The notes below the pieces were generated by a model. The model was not told where the DNA came from. It did no database searches and worked only from the letters and a program-made list of their open reading frames with translations. A program made the translations under genes and the position numbers. Shown here in pieces: positions 1-11,384 of a stretch of DNA of 64,000 nt; position 1 is the first letter of the stretch; each line of letters begins with the position of its first letter. Origin of the DNA: Phoronis australis (Eukaryota > Animalia > Phoronida); the NCBI GenBank assembly GCA_002633005.1, contig NMRA01000134.1:642045-706044 (forward strand), given 5' to 3'.

Positions 1-684
1 ACTCACAATAGAAGCCTGATAAGAGTGAAGGTGGATAAATTCGGTGTTCCTACAGTTTCTTGTTTTAGTGGATGTGCTCAGGACATGAAGGCATTGTGGT
101 CTTAACCACTCAGATTCTTAGGTTGGGTTAGAGAGCCTGGCTCAGGTAATAAATTCCCCACGACATGGTGACATTCTGTGGTAAAACTTGGCTGCCTGAA
201 ATTCTGTACATTTTGCGACATTTTGAGAATTCTGTGACAAAATGTGAGTCTAGTTGTTTGTGTTAATGTTTTATTGGATTTGAGTTATTTTATGCTTCAT
301 CAAGTGGCGGTTGCTTTTTAAAAATCACCAAATAAGTAGTGACAATTGAGACTCCCTGTGATATTTGAAAATTTCGAGATGTGGCAAATTGTGACTTGCC
401 ATTAAGCATGCATTCACTAACTTTTATCTCTGTTCTAGTTGATCTCTGGCAAGGGTCACGCTAATAATAACCATAGTAATAACGGTGTTATTGTCATTAC
501 ATGCATTGTGAGCTGGCTTAGAGTGCTTAGGAATTCCATGGCTAGTTTCTGTTCACACCAGTTGCTGATCAGTCAGGTATCTGCAACATTTACTAACTGG
601 CTAAAAACTTAAGCTATCTTGTTGAGATCGGCTGTCGTGCCTGTGAATGTCGCATCTGCTCACTAGACTGTGCTTTTACCACAG

Positions 685-826
685 GGATTTTTCCGACGAA
701 GCCTGCAGAGGAAGACCCCGTATAAATGTGACAAAGACAAACAGTGCCAGATCGCTATTGGAAGGCGGAATAGTTGTGCTCATTGTCGACTGGTGAAGTG
801 TCATGCTGTTGGCATGTCTAAAGAGG
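685..826 (+). CDS. Nuclear receptor exon: DBD second zinc finger
   Basis: ttttaccacag|GGA TTT TTC CGA CGA...; GFFRRSLQRKTPYKCDKDKQCQIAIGRRNSCAHCRLVKCHAVGMSKE; ends G|gtgagt. Confidence 0.93.
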
Positions 827-3800
827 GTGAGTAGGTGGGGCTGTAGGTATGTCTAAGGAGGGTGACAGTGGGGCTTTAGGTATGTCTAAGGAGGGTGAGA
901 CAGTTGGGCTGTAAGTATGTCTAAGGAGGGTGAGACAGTGGGGCTCTAGGTATGTCTAAGTAAATTTCACGTTTAAGCGCCCATGTCTGGTTAACCGCCT
1001 ACCCCCGATTTTTTGGGTTTGCCAATTTAACCGCCCAGGGCGTTAACCCGAACGATTATGGTATGTCTAAGGAGGGTGAGACAGTGGGGCTCTAGGTATG
1101 TCTAAGGAGGGTGAGTCAGTGGAATTATAGGCATATCTAAGGAGTGTGAGACTGTGGGGCTCTATAGGTATGTCTAAGGAGGGTGAGACTGTGGGGCTGT
1201 AGGTATGTCTAAGGAGGGTGAGTCAGTGGAACTATAGGCATATCTAAGGAGTGTGAGACTGTGGGGCTCTAGGTATGTCTAAGGAGGTGAGACAGTGGGG
1301 CTGTAGGTATGTCTAAGGAGGGTGAGACTGTGGGACTGTAGGCATATCTAAGGAGGGTGAGTAGGCGGGGCTGTAGGTATGTCTAAGGAGGGTGAGGAGG
1401 TAAAGTAGTGGTGTGGTGTAGGTGGTGCTCTATAATCATTCCTAGTGCCTTAGAACAGCACTGACCTATTAATAGCCACATTGTCACTGTCTTGAAATCT
1501 TGTCAAATTGCACTGCATGGCCCAGTCACAGTCAACTACATTTTCCAACAGTCATCAGAATGTAGTTGGTTCTCATTGTATGTTGATTGGCCAGATGGAC
1601 CTGAGCGTGCTGCAGTAATGTTGATTGTCCTATAACTGTTGTGTGGTTGGCTTTTCTTTCTGTTTCCATACAGTATATTAATATCACAAAGCAGTGCTTA
1701 CTGCTGTCACTTATTTTATTATTACTCATGTTGTTTGTTTATAAAAATGGTGAAATACCAGTTATTGTTCACATGTGTTGTTGGATTTACTCATGATAGG
1801 CAGTGTACCTAACATTGTCTATGGTAACATCTCACTTTTTTGACCAAAACAATTACCAATATTTGCCCTTTATTCGTTTTTAATGGCTTCCAACAATTTT
1901 TCAAAATGTCGGATGGTTGCTAAACTACAGAACTTGTGAATGTCAGAGTATTATTTGTTGCATTATTTTTAGCCACATTGTGTCCTAAACTGATTAAATT
2001 TTACCATGATAATCATTATAGTTGACGAGTTGAGCTTTCATTTCTATAACATGACTACCATGAATTGGTTATTAAAACATTCAAATTTTATAATGTTACA
2101 TCCATGTGATGTTTCTGATTTCACCATCATAATTTTACACCCTTGTGGCTATACTTATAATCTAATCTATGGACTTGTTGAAATATTGCCTGCGATGTTG
2201 TCAAGACAACCAGCTATGCTCCCTAGTGGCAAAATATGTTTTTTATGTTTGCCTCTGTATCTTCGGAGTTCATTATTGTATTTTCATGAAATTCGACAAA
2301 TAAGTTTCTAATAAGGAGACAACAATGCCCTCCCATTGTCCGACAGATTTGATGTTTACTGCTCCAACTGGTGGCCATTTTTGTTATTTTTGCGTTGGTT
2401 TTCTGGCATCCCGGTGCCTCCCTATCTGCCATACCGCTTAAGGGATCAATATGAAAATTTACAGATGTGTTTCTGATGAGAAGGCCTCGACTGACGTTGA
2501 CTTTAGGACGGGTCTGAATACTGTGTTGCCCCCTAGTTGCAATTTTGTTTTTTACGTCTGGAGCTGAATCTCCTTAACCCTTTGAAGAAGTTGTTTGAAA
2601 TGTGAAAGCTGTGTTCCTATGGAGCCTACGACAAATGGTAATAAGTGTCAAACTGATCGAAATATCACAGTGCCCCCTATTGGTGCAATGTTCTTTTTAC
2701 GTTTACCTCTGTATCTTTGGAGTTCAAATGTATATTCATGAAATTTGGCAAACAGGTTTTGTTCCTGATGCAAAGAACCCGGTGACGCAGATTTTCAGAT
2801 GTTTTTGACTATTCTAGTGCCCCTTAGGGGCAATTTTGCTTTTTTTGCGTCTACAGCTGTGTCTACTGAACACTTTGAAGGATCTTTGCGAAATTTGGCA
2901 GATGGATTCGTACAGACATGGCAACAGATTATGATAATTTTCGACCATAGCTGTGCCCCCAAGTATTATTTGTTTTTACATTTACCTCTAAAACTTAAGA
3001 GTTCCTTGAAATTTGGCAGATAGTTGTGTACTACAGAGATGGCGCTTCCTTCTCAATTTGGACGGGTTTGACACATTTTGCGCCATCTAATGGCCATTTT
3101 TGTGATACTAAAAACACCATGGAAGCACACCGTTTGTGGTGCTGTTGTGGCTACATTTCAGCGCTCTGTGTTGCTCTTGGATTTTTACGTTCCTCTAATC
3201 TGTATTTTAGCAGTTCCGTGGTATTATCAAGAAATTCGGTTGAAAGATTTTTGTTAGAGAGAGATGAGGATGCCTTGCCATGTTTAGATGGGTTCGACAT
3301 ATTCTGCACTACTTAGCGCCCATTTTATGATACTAATTATTAACCGTGGAAGCATATTGTTTGTGGTACAGTCGTCGGTGTATTTCAATGCTTTGCATTA
3401 GTCTGTTTAATCTCTTATTTGTGACAAACCTTTGGAAATTCAAAAAATGACCATTAGGCACAATTATTTCACTACTCAAAGTAGCTGAAATGTTACCATG
3501 GTACTTGCAGCCATCAAGACAGGGCGTTACACTCACGCCAAGCGGACCAAGGACACACAGGAAGTGAAGAGACTACAGTTTGAGACGCCCAAATTTGAGG
3601 GTGAAGACGAACGACTCCGGATGTTGTCAGGCTTCAAAAAGCTATACCCAAGCCCTCAGGAATACGCCAAGGATATGCAGAAGTTTATAGATGTAGTGAA
3701 CGAGACGATGGCCAACTTGGGCGAGAACACCATCATATCACCCAACGACATGACGTCCACTGTCGATAAGTTCTGGGTACGTGCGTGAATGTTTTATTGT

Positions 3801-6800
3801 GTTAGATGCGGTATTGAAAAAGAGATAGTGTGACGACGGTGTTGCTAAGGGCTGTTCCAGCAAAATCCGTATGGGAGGGGGAGACGGCAATTGAAATAAA
3901 AATTCATGGGTGGTGGTCTTCAGAAAAAAACTCAAATTATGGGTGGTCATTCTTGTAAGAAGTAAAGCATTAAAACTGGGTGGTATTTTTTGACCTGTAA
4001 ATGTCGACAGGTTGGTATTTTCAGCAAAGCCATAACACATCTCAAAAGAAATCAAAACTCAACAAAAATGCACTTGGCAATTACCCAAACATATCCCAAA
4101 ATTAACAACAAGCCCACGTTCCTAGTGTACAGAGTGGAATATGAACACTAGGCACATTGATGGAGTATTATGTGATTTATTTTCATTAACATATGGAAAC
4201 TAACTTTAGAGTCGTGCTGGCTATTGTGTCTGAATCTGTAACATTGCACCTTAGTAAAGAGTTGTCAGCGTCGTCACTTTTTTAGAAAATAGAAAATAAC
4301 TAAGAGCATTTACGATAACTTTTTTATTGCCATGTTCATTGCCCTGCATATGTTCTGCTCAGGGTTTATATGCAGTCATGTACTTTGTCGAAGCAACTGC
4401 ATTGAAGGTGATTAAGATGATGGTCAGTAGTGCCCTTGTGAACGCAACTGAGTGCTGTAATACGTTGATTATTTCTTGGTTTTGACCAGGTTTCTATGAT
4501 TACCCATTCTTTCACTTTTTGGAGAAATCTGATGTTGGCAATTACGGGAAATGTCAGTGTGCACCAACACCATGAAAAGAATCGCACATTGACACCCTCA
4601 CCGGTCAAGATTGGGCACCTCAAAATTTGCCGGCAATGATCAACGACACCATTTTGCTGTAGCTTATTAATTCGCCTCAAGCCTCTCGTGTTATCAGACC
4701 CATTATAAACACACTGGGGGCGACAATTGTATTTTAAAATTTTCGCTTGGAAAGCATTTAAATAGCATATTTGAATATTTTGTGAAAAAATGTGAAAAGT
4801 ACACATGATTAGGTTTTTGAATTTTGAAAATCGGACATTGTCAAGGAATGTGATTTTTATAATCTGAAACGCTTGTTCAATGTTTCAATATTATGCTCCT
4901 CATTCATTCTGCGTGGTGTGCCACATAATTGACCCAATTACCAATCCACCAGGTAGCAGTTGGATTTTGAGGTAAGGCAAGTGTCATGGTACAGCTCGTG
5001 GCATGACAAAGCCAGTTGTCCCGAATCAAGCAAATTACCATGATCATGTTTACAGCTTTCTGGCATTACGCAGCTAACAAGCAACCCATCTAGTCTGTGC
5101 CATTGGCAATACAAATTAAACTACTTTGATTACTTGCTCTCCCACCAGACGGCTTAAGACCGGCACAATTTCAATCACCTGGGACAATTCCTATGTTCCT
5201 TATTCTATGCTGGTGTTTTTGGAGGTAGGAAAACATTGTTTGATCGAGTGACCTACTATTTGATGGGTAGGTACTATGCTAACTCACTTTGAATGGCAGC
5301 TACTATTTGAAGGGTAGGGACGCTATCTCATTTTGAGTGACTTACTATTTTAAGGGTAGATATGCTGTCTCACTTTGAGTAACCTCATTTGAAAGGTAGG
5401 TTTGAAGTGACATTGAGTGACGTACTATTTAAAGGGTAGGTATGCTAAATCACTTTGAGTGACCTACTATCTGAAGGGTAGGGATGCTATCTCACTTTGA
5501 GTGACCTACTATTTTAAGGGTAGATATGCTATCTCACTTTGAGTAACCTCATTTGAAAGGCAGGTTTGAAGTGACATTTAGTGACGTACTATTTAAAGGG
5601 TAGGTATGCTAAATCACTTTGAGTGACCTACTATCTGAAGGGTAGGGACGTTAAGTCACTTTGAGTCACCTACTATTTGAAGGGTAGGTATGCTAACAGC
5701 CAAGTGAAGAAAATTTACATGCTTCACTCAGCTTTTCAGATGGCAACCAACTGTTAATCTTTATTGGCGTCATAGCGACGGATGGCAAGATAACATTGAA
5801 GTAAAATAACAGTTATTATGCTATAGACTGGTTTATAAAACTCGAACAGTGTTTTGTTTCGTTCATAAATTAAAGAATCGTATGATTGAGGCAGTTTGCC
5901 CCATGCACATATAATACAATATAAATTGTGCTTTAAGATAGGTGTCCATACAATACACCACCTAGTCAGGTACACTATGCGCTGCTGTATTACTTAGATA
6001 GAGCCTTCATACAATACACCACCTATACATACAACACTCCACCTAGGCCTATACAATAGTCCTATGCATACTCAGGTACATTGTATGTTGCTGCAGTGTA
6101 CCCCGTATACATGCAACACACCACCTATGCATACAATACTCCTATACACACTCGGGTACATTGTATGCTGCTGCATAAGTACGATAGAGCCTCCATACAA
6201 TAAGCCACATGCATGTGCAATGTACCACTTACACATACAACACACCACCTAAACACGGGTACATTGTATGTTGTTGTATTAGTTAGATAGAGCCTTCATA
6301 CCATGCACCGCCTATACATTTAATAGACCATCTATACATACAATATGCCTCCTATACACAGGTATGTTGTTTGCTGCTGTATCAGAAAGATAGATTCTCC
6401 ACACCAATATACCACCAATACACAGGCCTGTATTGGCTGTTCAGGAGCTTGAATAATGGTGTTAGAAATTGATTCCTCAATATTTAATTTTTATTTGGCG
6501 TTTCAACTTTCTAGCGATGTGAGAATGCAAATTGGACATACTGCTCAGCATCTGTCCCATTTGATGACAATTTATGTTCCCGGTACATGCTAAACATTGT
6601 GCATATAGTTATTATTGTCACAGTAATTGGATACCATGCTGTTTGCCCACAAGTGCACTTATGGGGCATGCTGATTGACTTAGAAATTCAGAATTTGGGC
6701 TGTGATGGACGGATGAAAAATTTGTAAAGGTCACTCAGCCCTCTGCATGTTGCTCTTTCCAGGATACAGGGTGGAAAGAGTTCTGACTGACAGACACACA

Positions 6801-9800
6801 CACACAGTGGTAATTTACCATAAACATTCGGGTTAAAGCCCTGGGCGGTTAAATTGGCGAGCCCAAAAATTCGGGGATGGGCGGTTAACCAGACATGGGC
6901 GTTAACCCGAATGTTTACGGTAGTCAATTTGGAATTATAGATGGTGGCCCCAGGAGGTTTCAGACTGAGTTCGTTGTGATTAAGGACACGCATTTTTATA
7001 TTCCATCTGAATTTGCTGAGTTGACACATGCTCTAATGCACAACACAGAAGAATTCTGACATTTCTATAGCATCCTTTGGCAGCTTGCCAAGCTACAACG
7101 CAGCATTACGGGAGTCAACTCAAGGAAAACACAATTAGCAAGGAATGAATGACATTGTCTGTTTATTGATGCCATGCAGAATATTGGCTACTAGCCAGGC
7201 TATATTTGTTCGTACTTGAACACAATCTAATGTGCACAATAAACTGACATCATTGAGGTCATGTGTTGAATTCACACGATTTGCAGATACGAAAAGTTTC
7301 AGGCAGCAATGGCTGCTCATCACACGTTGATGGGTGGCACTTGCTGTTTGCAACTGATAATGGAAAAATGTGAAAAATAACACAATCATGCCTTCTTTCA
7401 CCTGAATTCCAATGTAACAACACGAGTGAGCCTGCAATTGTCACCTTGTGGGAGGTAAACGTACCATCGGGGAAATCGGCACTAGAGGTCACCTGTCCCT
7501 TACCAAAGTCGACCACACTGTACAGTAAATCTCTTGCACTGTTTCTGCCACAGGAGGACTACATGCTGCAGATAGAGATATTTGGCGAAATGCAACCACT
7601 CTCACCACAGGAATACATGGCATTCTACAAGTCGACTGGTATCGACATTGACCATCGGCGCCAACTAGTGGTGGACTGGACCAACATGGCTGAAATAGGT
7701 GTGCGTAAAATGATCAAATTCGCCAAGACCCTGCCAGGTTTTCAACAGGTGCCCTTGTCAGACCAGATAAACCTCATCAAGGGTAAGTAATGGTGATTCC
7801 TCGTAGCTGCATTCTCTTGTGTAAATCCTTTCTAGTAAAAATTTTACTTCACTTTTTATTACCCAGTAATTATTTGATTATCCTACCATAAAAAGATGCA
7901 TTTGTTGGAAAGAAATTTGTCCCTTTCCAACATTGCACTGACCCATTGAAATAATATGGGTGTCATGGGTGTCGTCATGGTTATGTAGTTTTGTGGAAAT
8001 TATGTTACAGCTACCTGCAAGTCTTCATTTGTGAGATCTTAAGTTGTGGGATTTTTACATTGTATGGGTCCTCGTGTCTGAATGCAGCAAAAAGGCCATT
8101 TAACAATGATCAATGATTTGTCTTCTTTGTCAGCTCAACGTGTGTTGTGAGACAAAATGACTCGGAGATTTGATTATGTGTATCTCAATTCTGTGCTATC
8201 ACCACTGTAAATAATTTACCTATATTTGCCATTGCTCATACCTTTCAAGCTCAAAAGTTTGATTCATTAAAACTAGTCTTTTGCTATCAGTCAATAGTGT
8301 AATGACAGGATGTGAGCAACCCTGACCAATAGCTGTGTCACATGTTAGAGGGATGCCATTGTTCTTATTATCAGCCAAATAAGATTTTTGCTCAGTGCCC
8401 TATGGAAGAAAGTTTTCAAACTGTAAGTGATTAAATTGTATAACCACTTCCAAATATTCTGATTCTGCAGTATTTTCCACAATGTTGTGCGTCTGCAGAA
8501 CACTCGTCCCACAACTTGTATGGTAATATCTATTTTACGTCATATGACCGCAATCTGTCATTCTATTGCCAATAACTTTGTGCTGTTGCATAGTGAATTA
8601 CAATTCTGGCATAAGAAAATTGAAAAGCAGAGTGAATGAGAAACTGTTTAATCTCGTGTCCGACTTGACTCAGAAGTGTGTTAGCAGCCCTACCCTTTGA
8701 AAATTCTAATTTTTTTTAACAATCAATCATACTATACATTTTTTCCTCTGCTAAAGAGGAGAGTTGAATTTAGGAAATAAGAATTTCTAATGCCAGGAAA
8801 ACAACAAACTCAACAAAATCTGTACAAAAGGTACTGCGTGTTCTCAGGTGCTCAATTGTGCACATGTGAAATGTACTTTGATTTTTAGTTCTTGAATATT
8901 TTTATCACTTTACTGTTCACAGTTTTGTGTTATGAAATGTTGGTCCCTGGGATACTAAGCCATGTTTAGGTGATGGATTCTCTCTCCTGCTATTTGCAAT
9001 TAATTTGTACCTTGTGTGATAGCTGAAAGTACTTTGTGGCATCTGGGATATTGGTCCTAGGTGGCATAAAAAGGAGCATTTGATTCAAAGGGAGCATAAA
9101 TTGTCTGGTGACAACGGGTCATTCAAAACAATAGTTTTGTTCTCTGATTCTGTACATCGTGTGATGAGAAATGTACCTTTATTGGGTCTAAAGTTTTATT
9201 TTATTAGTTTATGAATGTGAGAAGCTTTATTTTATTTCAGGTATTTGAAGCTGCTGTGAGCCTGCCAAAATAGATCCATGAGTTTTCATTATGAAATTTA
9301 CTTCAAATTGCATGTTATTGAGCTACGAAGTGATTTCTGTGGTTGGAAAGAACTGACATTTCATCACAAGTTGTAGGTTCAATGAAATAAGTTCAACCCT
9401 ATACATCAGATCATGCTATGCACCTTGCTTTTTAATAACTGGGCCACCTCTAACAGAAACAAAGTGTCAGTTCTTCCCAAGCCCACCAGATGTCGCTGTC
9501 TAATCTAAGGAACAAACGGTATAGTAAATAACACCAAAATAACCAGACAAAATGACCCAGAATTCCTTGTAATGACGGATGAGAGCAAGGGAACTTTTTT
9601 TACCTTAAGTGAGAATGTTGGGTGATGACAGAGCATTTTGTGTCACCGTGGGATACAGTATTTTCTCCATTGATTACTTTTGCCATCTGCTGTAGCTTGT
9701 CTGAATCAATGGTTATTTTTGTACGGAAGGTGAGTTCATAGCAGTTGCGATGAGTTAATCATGTCTAAAACATGCATCCTTTTAAAATGAATTCATAAAT

Positions 9801-11384
9801 TCTGTCAATTCTCTCCCATGTTTTAGGTGCACGTTTTGAGGTTGGTATCGTGGCTATACACAAGCGATTCATCGTAGATAAGGAATGTTTCGTGACTCCT
9901 CGTGGCATTGTGCGACATAAGACTGAGATGCAGAAGTTGTTCAATGAACGCAGCTACCTAGATGGCGTGTTCTTGCTAGCCAAGCGTTTACAGGAACTTG
10001 AGCTGACCATCGCCGAGACCGTCTGTCTCATGGCAATAACGTTGTTCTCACCTGGTAATATTCCTTTGCACTTCCTTGTTTATTGCTAAGTAAGTTGCAG
10101 AGTGTTAAAATTACACTTCAACGTTAAAAACACCTTCCATAATAACTTTTCATTTAGACTACTTGCCGTTATGCAAAGTGATTTCAAAATGTTCCTTAGT
10201 CAAATTAGAGGTGATTCAGGGCTTTGAAAGAACTGACAATTCATTATTGCACTAAAAGATGGCTGGCCACGGTGTGTTCTATGCTTTGAGCACGGTCTCA
10301 GGGAATAATGAATGACTAGTGCTTTTGCAGGCTTGGGATCGGGAATCACTTTTCATATGAGTACGAGTTGAGACCACTTTTTGAAGCAGTTAATGGTGTA
10401 AATGAAAAGTTTGCTTCTTTGACAGTATGCATATTTACACCACTTTAAAATCTGTGTTGTTGTCATCAGGAGAGTAGTGCTGGTTAAAATTGTGACAAAC
10501 TGTGGCAAAAAGAAATCAGTTTAAAAATTGAGGACCTGCCTATGTTAATTTTTCATGCTGAAAAACATTGCAATGGTTATTTTCTTGAAATTGCAGGTTT
10601 AAGTCTTTTGTAAGATAGAGTTTGTATGATCAGACAAGATCACTTTTAATCAAGCCTCGCCAACTCTAACAATTGATTGGCCCGGGCACATGAGAGTTTG
10701 GCTTTAATACCACTTTACGAGGGCACTCTGGGGGTAAAAATGGCACAGATTCCAATAGAAATGTGTGCAACAGGCGTGACTGAAGAATTTTACTAACGTC
10801 ACATTGCATACAGGTCTACTAGTGTTTGCTCCACATTTCTCGACACATGGCTTCAGGGAAGGTTCTGAGTGTGTAACTTTTGGGTCCGTGTAAACCTAGT
10901 CCCATTGAAAAATGAGATAAATCCAGTGGGTCATTAATCACTCAAAAATACAACACAATAAGTGTGAAAAAATGAAGGTTTATGATTTTTAGTTTTGTGT
11001 ACGATCCAATATGACACACCGGGGTCGCTCATAGGTATTTCAAATGGCACGGAAACATAGCCCTCGGGGAGCACTGGGTCTATAAATTTTGAACTTCACT
11101 GTGTCTAAATCAGTTGTTTCATACCTACCAATACAGATCGGTCTGAGCTGGAGAACAGATCATTGGTCGAGTCCTCGCAGAAACTTTACCTGGATATTAT
11201 CCAGTACTCGTTCAAGGCAAATCACCCAAAGAGGACTGACCTGGTAGGGAAACTGTTCACATGCCTGGTGCAACTGCGTGAGATGAACGAAGAGAATGTC
11301 AAGATCATAGCCAATGTTAAACTTGATTGGCATGGTGACATCGCCTTCCCAGAACTGGTGCGAGAGTTGACTGATCATAATTAA
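685..11384 (+). CDS. Nuclear hormone receptor, NR1 class (probably lophotrochozoan NR1P-like), 5'-partial; exons 685-826, 3511-3776, 7554-7782, 9827-10054, 11137-11384 (about 370 aa in window)
   Basis: All junctions are GT-AG and phase-compatible. The translation shows the second C4 zinc finger (GFFRRS...CDKDKQC...RRNSCAHCRLVKC...GMSKE), T-box AIKTGRYTH, LBD signature FAKTLPGFQQVPLSDQINLIKG, LFSPDR and AF-2-like FPELVREL before the stop. Confidence 0.93.
805..1400 (+). repeat. 35-bp minisatellite (about 13 copies) derived from the exon/intron donor junction
   Basis: Unit gctctaggtatgtctaaggagggtgagacagtggg matches the authentic junction gctgttggcatgtctaaagagg|gtgagtaggtggg. Confidence 0.9.
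960..1063. mobile_element. About 100-bp MITE inserted in the minisatellite
   Basis: Reverse-complement copy of the element at 6816-6922 (gcccatgtctggttaaccgcc...gggcgttaacccgaacgattatggta); left end degraded. Confidence 0.8.
2210..3360. repeat. Old degenerate array with a period of about 145 bp
   Basis: Motif tgccccctagtggc (and variants) near 2221, 2362, 2530, 2673, 2819, 2955, 3081; shared blocks tttacctctgtatctt...gagttc and atgaaatttggca. Confidence 0.6.
3511..3776 (+). CDS. Nuclear receptor exon: T/A-box and hinge
   Basis: ttgcag|CC ATC AAG ACA completes G|CC (Ala); IKTGRYTHAKRTKDTQEVKRLQ...VDKFW|gtacgt. Confidence 0.9.
4600..5040 (+). repeat. Dispersed repeat, copy 1 (non-autonomous element relic)
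   Basis: Colinear with 50210-50620 (atcagaccca..taaacacactggggg; aatagcatatttga; ccaccag..gcagttggattttgaggta; caagtgtcat). Confidence 0.75.
5225..5697 (+). repeat. About 42-bp minisatellite with a 164-bp higher-order duplication
   Basis: Unit gtaggtatgctaaatcactttgagtgacctactatttgaagg; block 5350-5484 recurs at 5514-5648. Confidence 0.88.
5945..6425. repeat. Degenerate tandem repeat
   Basis: Recurring catacaatacaccacctatac, ggtacattgtatgttgctg and gatagagcct blocks. Confidence 0.7.
6816..6922. mobile_element. 107-bp MITE with TA-bounded terminal inverted repeats (Tc1/mariner-pogo style)
   Basis: taccataaacattcgggttaa...ttaacccgaatgtttacggta, about 21-bp TIR with one mismatch; second copy at 960-1063. 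Confidence 0.82.
7554..7782 (+). CDS. Nuclear receptor exon: LBD helices 3-4
   Basis: ccacag|GAG GAC TAC; EDYMLQIEIFG...TGIDIDHRR...FAKTLPGFQQVPLSDQINLIK G|gtaagt. Confidence 0.93.
9827..10054 (+). CDS. Nuclear receptor exon: LBD helices 5-8
   Basis: ttttag|GT GCA CGT TTT GAG; ARFEVGIVAIH...RLQELELTIAETVCLMAITLFSP G|gtaata. Confidence 0.92.
11137..11384 (+). CDS. Nuclear receptor terminal exon: LBD helices 9-12
   Basis: atacag|AT CGG gives (SP)DR; ...LVGKLFTCLVQLREMNEEN...FPELVRELTDHN*. Confidence 0.92.

Noticed and set aside
805-1400. CRISPR-like appearance of ~35-42-bp repeats (also 5225-5697, 13568-13730, 61566-61838)
   Set aside because: Head-to-tail units with no unique spacers, no cas genes, and a eukaryotic intronic context.
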